Made by a program: the position numbers and the translations under genes. 64,000 nt of DNA from Longimicrobiales bacterium (GTDB lineage Bacteria; Gemmatimonadota; Gemmatimonadetes; Longimicrobiales; Gaopeijiaceae), in contig CBDCKN010000009.1 of assembly GCA_965218295.1 (NCBI GenBank), forward strand, positions 160,001 to 224,000, in the 5' to 3' direction. Of the stretch, positions 51,169 to 60,587 are shown piece by piece. The notes below the pieces were generated by a model, which saw only the letters and a list, made by a program, of their open reading frames with translations, had not been told where the DNA came from and ran no database searches. Each line of letters opens with the position of its first letter. Within the stretch, counting starts at the first letter, position 1.

Positions 51169-51360
51169 GGCCGTTTCACTGCCGACCCTGTCCCGTCCCC
51201 CCTGTCACATTCGGGGCCCTCATTCGTTTCTAGGCTCGATGAGAGTTCCTAGCCAGACTGAAAGTATGGAATACCCAATGAAATTGAGAGATTTTGTACT
51301 TACGGTGTTGGATTTTGTGCTTGCGGTGGTGGCTGTGGTGCTGGCGGGGTGCGGCGACGA
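51169..51360 (+). repeat. Promoter-leader-signal-peptide module, copy 2
   Basis: TGTCACA(51203)-N15-CGTT. 21-bp internal duplication in the signal peptide. Confidence 0.85.
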
Positions 51361-51721
51361 CCCGACGTTTCCCAGCGAACTCCAGGGCGGAGTACTCGCG
51401 ACGTTCCAGGTCGAGGCAGAGCAGTTCAAGCTCTGGGTGACCAACGAGAGCACGATCCAGCAGATCCTGGATCTGCAGGCGGGCACCAGCACCGCGTCGA
51501 TTCCGAACGGGCCAGTCTTGGAAGGTGCTGGACCGGCCGCATACAACAGCCCCTACTCCTGGCACCTCGACGCGGTCGAAACCGAGATGGCCGACGCCAC
51601 CATCGAGCTCTGCGACGGGCTCCCGAGTTTCGTTGAGGAGAACCTGGATTCGTGGCTGGACGAAGTCGGACAGTACTGCCCCTGGTCGGCACAGTTGCTC
51701 AGCGTGGAGGACTACCGCTGA
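51278..51721 (+). CDS. Lipoprotein with a BP74-like domain
   Basis: LAGC lipobox and YN.PYSWHLD..E.CDG.P...YCPW. Confidence 0.7.
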   Translation: MKLRDFVLTVLDFVLAVVAVVLAGCGDDPTFPSELQGGVLATFQVEAEQFKLWVTNESTIQQILDLQAGTSTASIPNGPVLEGAGPAAYNSPYSWHLDAVETEMADATIELCDGLPSFVEENLDSWLDEVGQYCPWSAQLLSVEDYR

Positions 51722-51814
51722 CCGAAGCAGGACACCGAACCGAAGGAAACGGGCGACGAAGGTAGTCCCATCCAACCATTCCAACGCCCGAGCGGCCATC
51801 CCATCATTCGGGGT

Positions 51815-51990
51815 GGCCGTTTCACTGCCGACCCTGCCCCGTCCCCCTGTCACATTCGGGGCTCCTCATTCGTTTCCATGGGCGATGAGAACTCCTAGCC
51901 GGGACTGAAGTACGGAGTAACCAATGAGATCAGGTTGTGTCTTCGCGGTGGTGGCCGCGGTGGTAGTGGCGTGCGGTGACGGCCCGACCG
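51815..51990 (+). repeat. Promoter-leader-signal-peptide module, copy 3
   Basis: TGTCACA(51848)-N16-CGTT. Confidence 0.85.
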
Positions 51991-52277
51991 GCCCTGAGAT
52001 GGGAACCGTCGAAGTGGAGGTGACTGCGTCAGGGGAAAGCATCGACATAGGCGGACTGGTCGTCAGTCTGGACGATGGCGCCCAGGTCGAGGACCTCGAC
52101 GCCTCAGGCAGCGTCACCTTGGAGGTGGAGGCCGGCGATCACACCGTGGAGCTGACCGATATCGCGTCGAACTGCACGGTGGATGGCGACAACCCCGTTT
52201 CCGTGACGGTGACGGCGGAAGAGACCTCCACCGTGAGCTTCGCGCTTACCTGCGCGCCTATCCCTCCTCCAACCTAG
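51924..52277 (+). CDS. Small beta-sandwich (PEGA-like) lipoprotein
   Basis: VVAC lipobox and AG.H.V.L..IA.NC.V.G.NP..V.V...F...C. Confidence 0.78.
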   Translation: MRSGCVFAVVAAVVVACGDGPTGPEMGTVEVEVTASGESIDIGGLVVSLDDGAQVEDLDASGSVTLEVEAGDHTVELTDIASNCTVDGDNPVSVTVTAEETSTVSFALTCAPIPPPT

Positions 52278-52765
52278 CTCCAAGACGGCGAGCCGGAGGT
52301 GGCGGGTCAGCTACCCCGCCCGCCACCTCCGTCCGCCCGGCTGACGGCGCAAAGCTCCACCGCCTCTCCCTTGTCCCAGAGCGGCACGGGCCCCAATCGC
52401 TGCACAGCATACTCCGGCGGGAGGGCAAGGCACTCCATGAGCTCCGCCGGCACCACCCCGTACTCCTTTGGGAAGCGCTCGCGGTGGGCGTGGATCTGCT
52501 CCTCGATGAGGAAGAACACCCGGATGCAGCTCGCCTCCTCGAGCGTGAAGGAGGTCGGTGAGCACGTGCCGGGCCTTCTTGGACATGCGACGTTCGTACG
52601 TATACTCACGATATAAAGATACGTATACATCTCCGATGAGGAACTCGGAAGCACGATGGGAAGTATCCGCCCGGCCTGGCTCGATCCCATCGCCACGTTT
52701 CGGTTGGTGTGTCTGGTGCGGGTCCTGCTGAGCTGGTTTACGGGTTGCGGAAGCGGGAGGGACCC

Positions 52766-53371
52766 TCAGGGAACGCGCAAGCGAAGCCCCAGGCGGACGC
52801 GCAACACGGCCGGGTCTTCGATCAATTGAAGGCTCGAGGCGGCTGTCCGGGCGAAGTCCAGCTCGCCCAACTTTAAGACATCCCCTCCGAGGTCGAGGGT
52901 CACAGTCGGGGCGACGTCTAGCCGCAGGCCCACTCCACCTCCGAACACTCCCGCCCAAGTCACCCTCTCGACCAGGGTGGAGTTCGTTCGGCTCTGCACA
53001 TTCGCGGCTACGCCCAACAGAGGGCGCGCGTACAGCGTGACGGCCGAGAGCGACACGTAAACCTCGGGGCCGAGCCCAAAGATCCATATCGTGTTGCCGG
53101 CGGTCTCGTTGTCGTTGGTGGTGCTGGCCAATGGAATCAGCATCCCATCCGCTCGAACCGAGAGGTTCCGCGCCACACCGTGTGATGCGGTGAGGTCGAC
53201 CCCGAAGCCGGAATCGAGGAAGTCGCTCGCGCTTCCGACCATCAGGCTCGCGCTGGCCGAGGCACCCACCGACCAGCCAGGGGCCGACTGTGCGGACGCC
53301 GGCGAGCCCGTGAGGGCAGCGGCGACCAGGATGCTCGAGAGCGGCAGGCACGCTCGTTGGCGTTTGGGCAC
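52766..53371 (-). CDS. Outer-membrane beta-barrel protein
   Basis: Signal peptide ASAQ and alternating amphipathic strands. Confidence 0.7.
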   Translation of the reverse strand: MPKRQRACLPLSSILVAAALTGSPASAQSAPGWSVGASASASLMVGSASDFLDSGFGVDLTASHGVARNLSVRADGMLIPLASTTNDNETAGNTIWIFGLGPEVYVSLSAVTLYARPLLGVAANVQSRTNSTLVERVTWAGVFGGGVGLRLDVAPTVTLDLGGDVLKLGELDFARTAASSLQLIEDPAVLRVRLGLRLRVP

Positions 53372-53760
53372 TTTAGCACCTCCGAATCGGGATTCGCAGG
53401 CTCACGCTTGATACACGACGACCCCGAGCTCATGCGACATGGCCAGGCTGTCGATTCCCACAGCGGGACGATGAGTGAGCCGGCCTGGTCGTCGGCTATC
53501 ATCACCGTAGAAACGCGTGAAATCGACTCGAGTACCAATCGGGTGACGCACTACCTCACAGAAACCTCTCCCGCCGCCAGCTCAACCAGTGTCGCGTGCA
53601 CGATCGTCAGCGTTATCACGACGGCATACGCGAGATGTCAGACGACCGCGGGCGACAGCGTCAGTCTACGCATGGCGAAGGCTAGTTGTGGGAGTCTGCC
53701 TAGGTAACGCCTCGGGTGGGGAGTTTGTGACAGCGCGGGCGCTTGGTACTACTCCCCACC

Positions 53761-54231
53761 TTACACCCAACGGCGCACCGAGGCCTTATACTGCAGATAC
53801 TCTTCGCCGAACTTTCTCTCTAAGTACTGCTCCTCGCGGAATATCACTCCGTACTGCATGACGATCAGGATCGGAACAAGACCGGCGACGATCCACAAGT
53901 TGTCCGCCGCCACTCCTATCCCGACATAGAGCAAGCTCAACGCTACGTACCCGGGATTACGCGACAACCGGTACGGACCTGTCGTCACAAGGTGAGTGGC
54001 GGGCGCGAAGTCGCTAAAACTGGTGCTGGCTCTTCGAAACTGAAGAACCGCTGAAGCGACGATCACACCGCTCAGCGCGATGATGGCAAATCCAGCGACG
54101 TACTGAACACTGGCCGGCAAAACCGTGACCGGACGAAAGTAATCCATCGCAAGTCCCATAAGCAGAAATGCCAGATAGATGAGTGGTGGAAGAGCTACGA
54201 CTTCGGGTCTGTCTTCTTCTCTATTCGTCAC
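53761..54231 (-). CDS. Isoprenylcysteine carboxyl methyltransferase/PEMT family
   Basis: LVTTGPYRLSRNP.Y and EEQYL..KFGEEY..Y...VRRW. Confidence 0.9.
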   Translation of the reverse strand: MTNREEDRPEVVALPPLIYLAFLLMGLAMDYFRPVTVLPASVQYVAGFAIIALSGVIVASAVLQFRRASTSFSDFAPATHLVTTGPYRLSRNPGYVALSLLYVGIGVAADNLWIVAGLVPILIVMQYGVIFREEQYLERKFGEEYLQYKASVRRWV

Positions 54232-54233
54232 AT

Positions 54234-54683
54234 CTAGCTCCCGTCCGGGTTACTTCCGCCCGACGCCCTCAGGTCCAAGCTTCCCGAACCGCCTCCCCGT
54301 AGAAGCACATAGACCGATACGATCATCACTACGGCCGGAATGATCGGTTCCTCGGGCTGGAGGGGGAACAGAGAGGGATCGTCTGCCAACAAGTGCACGT
54401 AGGTCGCCACGATCATGATGTTGAAAACAAGCAGGGTAGCGATCCGCGTGTAAAAGCCGATCAGCAGGGCACCGCCGACGCCGATCTCGACGAGGGGCAA
54501 GACCCAGCGATTCAGGTCCTGGAGCGGGATGTTCGCCACCGCCAGCTGTCCCGCGAACGCCGCTCCCAAGGTGGGGACGACGAGCTTCATGACGCCGGTC
54601 ATCACGAATAGGATTCCCAACCCGATTCGGATCCACCGGGCGACTCGGTCGTCTCGAGTTCTGCGAATGGACCGCCGTGTCAT
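54234..54683 (-). CDS. DoxX family membrane protein
   Basis: RIGLG.LF..G..K, E...G..LLIG..TR and GSLD. Confidence 0.85.
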   Translation of the reverse strand: MTRRSIRRTRDDRVARWIRIGLGILFVMTGVMKLVVPTLGAAFAGQLAVANIPLQDLNRWVLPLVEIGVGGALLIGFYTRIATLLVFNIMIVATYVHLLADDPSLFPLQPEEPIIPAVVMIVSVYVLLRGGGSGSLDLRASGGSNPDGS

Positions 54684-54711
54684 GATCATGAATAGGGTAA
54701 GGCAGCGGTGA

Positions 54712-56097
54712 TCAGCTTTGGTCTGACGCGGACGATTCAACCGGCTCGAGCGTGTCCAGTATCCAGGGCATGAGCTCGGACACGGTCGGGTGGACGAGCA
54801 CTGATCTCCGGTAGTCCATGCAGGGTAGACCGCTGTACATGTAAGCCGCGAACATGTTGACGATCTCGTCACCACCGGGTCCCAGAATCGCGGCACCCAG
54901 AATCTGATCCGTGTCGCCGTCGACCAGGAGCTTGGCGAACCCGAGCGTCTCTCCCATCTCCTTGGCCTGGCTGATTCGGGACATCGGCCGCGTGGCTTTC
55001 ATTACCTTGTGCCCCTTCGCGATGGCCTCCCTTTCGGTCATTCCGACACGACCGAGAGCGGGGTCGATGAAAAGCCCGTACACGGGGATCCGGTCCGACA
55101 CTCTCCTGGTGCCACCGTGCATCTGGTCGAGGACGATCTCGGCGTCGTTGACCGAGGTATGGGTGAAGGCACCGTGTCCGTTGATATCGCCCAGGGCGAA
55201 GACACCCTCCGCGCTGGTCCGGCAAAAGTCGTCGACCTCGACGTATCCCCGTTCGTCGAGCTGGATACCGGCCGCTTCAGCGTTGAGCAGGTCCGAGTTC
55301 GGGACCCGCCCAACCGCGACGAGAAAGTGAGAGCCGGTCAGCTGGCGCTCGTCGCCACCCTGTACGATCGTGACCGCTACGTCGGCGCCATCGGGGGCGA
55401 CTCTCACCGCGCTCGAGTCCATACAGAACTCGATGCCTTCCAGTTCGAGAATGTCCCTGATCGACTCCGCAACATCGGCATCCTCTCGAAATACGAGTTG
55501 AGATCCCGACTCGATCACGGTGACCCGCGCGCCGAATCTTCGGAAGATCTGACTGAATTCGAGCCCGATGTAGCTCCCTCCCAGGATGATCAGGTGCTCC
55601 GGCACCTCGGTCAGCTCGAGGAGTCGGCCGTTATCCAGCCATGGAACGGTGTCCAGCCCTGGTAGGTCGGGGACGCGCGGGCGTGCTCCGCCGTTGATAT
55701 AGATCCGATCGGCCGTGATGACCTCGTCGCCCACACGAATCTGCCGCGGACCCTCGAATCGGCCCCAGTCCTCGAACAGGGTCACGCTCTCTGCCGAGGA
55801 GATCCACGAAACCATGCCGGTGGTGTCGCGAACGGCGTTCATGCGCGCCCGCACGGCTTCAAAGTCTATCTCGAAGCCGTTCGGATGGATGCCGTACTCC
55901 GGTGCCCGCCTCATGATATGAGCCACCTTGGCGGTGGCCACGAGTGCTTTCGTGGGGGTGCAACCCGTGTTCAGGCAGGTGCCGCCTATTCGATCTCCTT
56001 CAATGACGGCGATCGAGTCTCCGGTGGGCAGGAGATCGCCCAGCAGGGTGCCCGTTGCCTGGCCGGTCCCGAGTATCAGGTGTTGGAAATGACGCAT
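54712..56097 (-). CDS. Pyridine nucleotide-disulfide oxidoreductase (MerA/LpdA-like)
   Basis: GGTCLNTGCTP, GGSYIGLE, ALGD and HPTVSE. Confidence 0.9.
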   Translation of the reverse strand: MRHFQHLILGTGQATGTLLGDLLPTGDSIAVIEGDRIGGTCLNTGCTPTKALVATAKVAHIMRRAPEYGIHPNGFEIDFEAVRARMNAVRDTTGMVSWISSAESVTLFEDWGRFEGPRQIRVGDEVITADRIYINGGARPRVPDLPGLDTVPWLDNGRLLELTEVPEHLIILGGSYIGLEFSQIFRRFGARVTVIESGSQLVFREDADVAESIRDILELEGIEFCMDSSAVRVAPDGADVAVTIVQGGDERQLTGSHFLVAVGRVPNSDLLNAEAAGIQLDERGYVEVDDFCRTSAEGVFALGDINGHGAFTHTSVNDAEIVLDQMHGGTRRVSDRIPVYGLFIDPALGRVGMTEREAIAKGHKVMKATRPMSRISQAKEMGETLGFAKLLVDGDTDQILGAAILGPGGDEIVNMFAAYMYSGLPCMDYRRSVLVHPTVSELMPWILDTLEPVESSASDQS

Positions 56098-56226
56098 GAC
56101 TGGGTCTCCGGGATGGTGGTTGTCACGATATCCAACGGCCGGCAGTGAAGCAAAGGTTGCCTGCGTACTGATTGCAACCCCCGGCCCCTGCGGTGAGGCG
56201 GTGATCCCGGTCTCCCCGACGACCGA

Positions 56227-56718
56227 TCAGGCCTCCGGCTCCGCGGGGGGGAGCGGCAACCTACTTGTTTCCTTGATCGTCTCGAGCACGACCGTGGTCC
56301 GGGTCGACCGCACCGCCTCGATCACACCGACCTTCTCCCTGAGAAGCCGACCCAGCTCCTCCGTGTCGGAGACTCGTACCTTGAGGAGGTAGCAGTCCTC
56401 ACCGGCGACGTGGTGCAGCTCCTGCACCTCGGGTAGCTCGGCGAGGCAGAGTGCGGTCTCGTGGCTTCCGACCCGGTCGTCCACCTTCACGAAGACGAAG
56501 GCTCCCATGCCCATGCCGACCGCGTTGGGCTCGATCCGGGTCTCGTGGCCCACGATGACGCCGTTCTTCTCCAGCTTTCGCAGGCGCTGGAAGATGGCCG
56601 AGTGCACCAACCCGACGCGTCGCCCGATCTCTGCGTTCGAGATCCTGGCGTCCTTCTGAAGGAGGGCGAGGATCTGCATGTCGATGGGGTCCAGCGATGG
56701 GGCGGAAGGCTTCCTCAT
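56227..56718 (-). CDS. Lrp/AsnC transcriptional regulator
   Basis: LD.ID..IL.LLQ.DAR.S..EIG..VGL and VAGEDCYLLKV. Confidence 0.93.
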   Translation of the reverse strand: MRKPSAPSLDPIDMQILALLQKDARISNAEIGRRVGLVHSAIFQRLRKLEKNGVIVGHETRIEPNAVGMGMGAFVFVKVDDRVGSHETALCLAELPEVQELHHVAGEDCYLLKVRVSDTEELGRLLREKVGVIEAVRSTRTTVVLETIKETSRLPLPPAEPEA

Positions 56719-57385
56719 CCCGCACGCTTCTTCCCGTTACCGAGGGCCCCCACCAGGCCGGCGACCAGGCGTTCAGTATGGGAGCCGTCCGGATCCCGCT
56801 CCGGGTTGAGCTCGGTCACCACCACCGCGGCACAGGTCGGAGCCGCTGCGAAGACGCTCAGCGCGGTAAACGCCGATTCGGCGTCGAGCCCGTCGGGATG
56901 CGGCACGTCGACGGCAGGGAAGTCCATCACGTCGACGTCGAAATGGACGAGGATTGCGTCCGAGTGGCCCGTAAGACCACCGAGCGCGTCCCTAGCGGCC
57001 GCGGACGCATCGGCGCGGACGCGGGCCAGCGGGTACTTCGACATGCGAGAGCGCTCCAGCAGCTCGATCTCGGGAGTGTCGATCCAACCGGATCCCACAT
57101 CGTATCCGAACAGAACGATGTCCTCCTCGGACAGCAGGGGAACGCGAGGCCCGACCCCGGCGAGCTCGTGGGCGCCCCGACCGAGAGCGTGCGCCAGGAC
57201 CATCCCGTCGGCGACCCCCGAGCGCGTGGTATCGGGCGTGTTGAGGTCCAGGTCGGCGTCGAAGTACATGAGGCTGAGGCGCGGGTGATGACGGAGCAGG
57301 CCCGCCATGACCCCGAGGCTCAAGCTGCAGTCGCCTCCCAGTACGAGCGGCGATCGCCCGCTTGCCACGGCCTCGTCGACTACGT
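56715..57385 (-). pseudogene. Arginase-family protein, N-terminus missing
   Basis: LGGDCS, FDADLDLNTP, HFDVDV and TELNP. Begins just before the GGD motif. Confidence 0.75.
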
Positions 57386-57579
57386 CGATAAATATCGTTA
57401 TCAAGAGGCGATACGTTCGTTCGAGGACCGGAGGTCCGGTCGATCTTCAGCGACGGGGTTGCCCAGGCGCTTGTGGCGAGAGTAGCACTGAACGAAGCTA
57501 TCTGTTGGCAACCGGAACCTGTTCGCGCGCCTCAACGCACTGGTTGCTCCGGGCGGTACTGGAGAAAGGACGACGACGA

Positions 57580-58623
57580 GTGATAGCGTTCTTCGAGAGC
57601 GATATCGTGCAGTGCGCTACGTTCGTGATCGGCGGACTGCTCATGGGCCTGCTGACCGAGAGGGTCGTGTTGGACCGCCTTCGCAAGTTGGCGACGAAGA
57701 CGGAGTTCAAGTGGGACGACCTGCTCGCCGACGCGCTTCGCGGCATCCCCACCGTTTGGTTGACGGCCGGAGGCGTCTACCTCGCGCTGGGCGTAGGCGA
57801 GCCGGACGATCTGGTCGTCTCGTTGGTCAACACCATCCTGACCGTCGCACTGATCGGCTCCGTGGTCGTGAGCAGCATGAGGGCGGTGGGAGGGGCCGTC
57901 GAGCAGATTTCCGCCCGGTCGTCGTTCCGCTCTCCGACACTGATAGTGAACCTCGCGCGGCTGTCGGTCGGCGTGCTCGGCCTCTTCATCATCCTGCAGA
58001 ACCTCAACGTCGACATCACGCCGCTGGTTACCGCGTTTGGCTTAGGCGGCCTTGCCGTCGCGCTTGCACTCCAGGACACGCTCGGCAACCTGTTCGCCGG
58101 CGTGCAGATCATTCTGTCGGGGCAGGTGCGGCCGAACGACTACGTGCGGCTGGCCAGCGGAGAAGAGGGATACATCACCGACGTGAAGGGGCGGAACACA
58201 ACGGTCCTTACGTTCCCGGACGGCAACCTCGTGGTGGTGCCCAACTCGACGCTCGCGAACTCGATCGTGAAGAACTACAGCAAGCCCCGCCAGGCGCTTT
58301 GGGTGAGCACCGAAGTAGGGGTGGCATACGACAGCGACCTGGAACATGTCGAGGCCGTCACCATGGACGTGGCGACGGGCGTGCTTACGGACATGGAGGG
58401 CGGTCTGTCGGAGACGCCGATCGTCACGTTCCACACGTTCGGCTCATCCAGCATCGACTTCGAGGTGCGCATGATGGTGAAGGGCTTCATGAGCCGGGGC
58501 CGCGTGCGACATGAGTTCATCAAGCGCCTGCATCGGCGGTTCGCCGAGGAGGACATCGAGATCCCCTTCCCGATCCGTACCGTGGTGATGCAGGGCCCGA
58601 CCGCCACACCGACAACACCCTGA
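57580..58623 (+). CDS. mscS: MscS-family mechanosensitive channel
   Basis: GLGGLAVALALQDTLGNLFAG, VPNS, VGVAYDSD and IEIPFP. Confidence 0.92.
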   Translation: MIAFFESDIVQCATFVIGGLLMGLLTERVVLDRLRKLATKTEFKWDDLLADALRGIPTVWLTAGGVYLALGVGEPDDLVVSLVNTILTVALIGSVVVSSMRAVGGAVEQISARSSFRSPTLIVNLARLSVGVLGLFIILQNLNVDITPLVTAFGLGGLAVALALQDTLGNLFAGVQIILSGQVRPNDYVRLASGEEGYITDVKGRNTTVLTFPDGNLVVVPNSTLANSIVKNYSKPRQALWVSTEVGVAYDSDLEHVEAVTMDVATGVLTDMEGGLSETPIVTFHTFGSSSIDFEVRMMVKGFMSRGRVRHEFIKRLHRRFAEEDIEIPFPIRTVVMQGPTATPTTP

Positions 58624-58632
58624 CTTCCTGAA

Positions 58633-60360
58633 ATGACCGATTACCTGATCACGCCCCACGGCGGCGAGCTCTTGGACCTCGTCGTCGACCGCGAGCGAGG
58701 AGACGAGCTCAGGGCCGCATCGTTGGACTGGCCCTCGTGGGCTCTGACCCCGCGTCAGATCAGCGATCTCGAGCTGCTACTGAACGGTGCTTTCTCGCCT
58801 CTGGCCGGGTTCATGACGCCCGGGGACTATGAACCTGTACGCGAGCAGATACGGCTTGCGGACGGGACGCTCTGGCCCATTCCCATCACTCTGGACATCA
58901 CTGAAGATGCTGCGGAGGCACTGGAGTCTGGTGCGACCCTGGCGCTTCGCGATCCCGAGGGTGTCATGCTCGCGGTCCTCCACGTCGAAGACATCTGGCG
59001 ACCGGACCTCGCCCGGGAAGCCGATCGTGTATTCGGGACCACCAATCGGGAGCACCCGGGGGTCGCGTACCTCCTGGAGTGGTCGAATCCGGTGTACGTG
59101 GGCGGCCGGGTCGAGGGCCTCCAGTTGCCCGTCCACTACGACTTCCGAGAGCTCAGGAGCACTCCCCGTCAGCTCCGCGGGGACTTCGCTCGTCTGGGTT
59201 GGCGGAGAATCGTGGCGTTTCAGACCCGAAACCCCATGCACCGCGCCCATCAGGAGCTGACCCTGAGGGCGGCCAAGGAGGTCGAGGCCAACCTACTGAT
59301 TCACCCGGTGGTGGGCATGACGAAGCCCGGGGACATCGATCACTTCACCCGGGTCCGGTGCTATCAGGCGCTCATGGACACCTATCCCCGCTTCACGGCC
59401 AAGCTGTCGCTACTCAATCTTGCCATGCGCATGGGCGGTCCACGGGAGGCGCTGCTGCACGCCATCATCCGAAAGAACCACGGGTGCACGCACTTGATCG
59501 TCGGTCGGGATCACGCAGGACCCGGCAGCGACTCGGCGGGGACGCCCTTCAACGGACCCTATGACGCGCAAGAGATGATGCGGGAGCACGAGGAGGAGCT
59601 GGGAGTCGCGATGGTCCCGTTCCGACTCATGGTATACGTGGAGGATGAAGATACCTACACGCCTGTGGACGAGGTACCGGAGGGCGTCGAAACCAAGTCA
59701 ATCTCGGGGACAGAGCTCAGAGATCGCCTCGCGGATGGCCGGGAGATCCCGGATTGGTTCACGTTTCCCGCTGTGGAAAAGGAGCTGCGAAGGAGCTACC
59801 CACCCAGACGGAGGCAGGGGTTCACAGTCTTCTTCACGGGCCTGTCGGGCTCGGGGAAATCCACTGTGGCCAACGTGCTTCGGGTCAAGCTCTTGGAGAT
59901 GGGGGGGCGCTCGGTGACGCTGCTCGACGGGGACATCGTCCGAAAGAACCTGTCGTCCGAGCTGGGCTTCAGCAGAGAGCACCGCGATCTGAACATCACG
60001 CGCGTCGGCTTTGTGGCTTCGGAGATCACCAAGGGTGGAGGCATCGCGATCTGCGCCCCCATCGCGCCCTACACCGACGTTCGGAGGCAGAACCGGGAGA
60101 TGATCTCCTCGGTGGGTGGTTACGTTCTCGTCTATCTCTCCACGCCCCTCGAGACGTGCGAAGCCCGCGACCGGAAAGGACTCTACGCAAAGGCCCGGGC
60201 CGGCATCATCAAGGAGTTCACTGGGATCTCCGATCCGTACGAGGAGCCCGATGGCGCCGATGTCGTCATCGACACGACAGACGTCTCTCCCTCGGAGGCG
60301 GCTCACCAGATCTTTCTCCATCTGGAGAAGGAAGGGTACATTGGCGCCGCAGGTCCCTGA
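58633..60360 (+). CDS. sat: Bifunctional sulfate adenylyltransferase / APS kinase
   Basis: FQTRNPMHRAH, GRDHAG, TGLSGSGKST and LLDGD. Confidence 0.95.
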   Translation: MTDYLITPHGGELLDLVVDRERGDELRAASLDWPSWALTPRQISDLELLLNGAFSPLAGFMTPGDYEPVREQIRLADGTLWPIPITLDITEDAAEALESGATLALRDPEGVMLAVLHVEDIWRPDLAREADRVFGTTNREHPGVAYLLEWSNPVYVGGRVEGLQLPVHYDFRELRSTPRQLRGDFARLGWRRIVAFQTRNPMHRAHQELTLRAAKEVEANLLIHPVVGMTKPGDIDHFTRVRCYQALMDTYPRFTAKLSLLNLAMRMGGPREALLHAIIRKNHGCTHLIVGRDHAGPGSDSAGTPFNGPYDAQEMMREHEEELGVAMVPFRLMVYVEDEDTYTPVDEVPEGVETKSISGTELRDRLADGREIPDWFTFPAVEKELRRSYPPRRRQGFTVFFTGLSGSGKSTVANVLRVKLLEMGGRSVTLLDGDIVRKNLSSELGFSREHRDLNITRVGFVASEITKGGGIAICAPIAPYTDVRRQNREMISSVGGYVLVYLSTPLETCEARDRKGLYAKARAGIIKEFTGISDPYEEPDGADVVIDTTDVSPSEAAHQIFLHLEKEGYIGAAGP

Positions 60361-60495
60361 CCCCGTCGGTGGACGCGGCCGCAGCTACTTGCTGATGAAG
60401 GATAGGGCCCAAGCGAACGTTCAGCTTACCCGAAAACGGCTTGCGCAGCTCGACCCCATCTCCTCCTCACAAGAAAGTAGGTACTCGTCCACCGA
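60357..60495 (-). pseudogene. hicB: HicB antitoxin remnant
   Basis: SVDEYLLSCEE / DGVELRKPFSGKLNVRLGPILHQQVAAAASTDGV, frameshifted near 60462. Confidence 0.7.
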
Positions 60496-60587
60496 GAGCT
60501 CATTCTCGCTGATCAACGTCCGAAACCGGGGGCATGGTCGAGCTGCGGGCCGGTGGTGGTTCACCCGTGAGAAGCGTGAGGTCGACG

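Noticed and set aside
49781..51990. CRISPR array or integron attC cassettes
   Set aside because: The repeats are long, irregularly spaced and extend into coding sequence. No cas or intI gene and no attC-type palindrome was seen.
54712..56097. Mercury resistance gene merA
   Set aside because: No C-terminal Cys-Cys pair and no mer operon genes.
60361..60550. Hammerhead- or HDV-like ribozyme upstream of rtcB (CTGATGA..GAAA, 10-bp and 12-bp complementary segments)
   Set aside because: The stems do not close the catalytic cores correctly, and the minus strand reads as a HicB remnant. An Infernal/Rfam search would be decisive.
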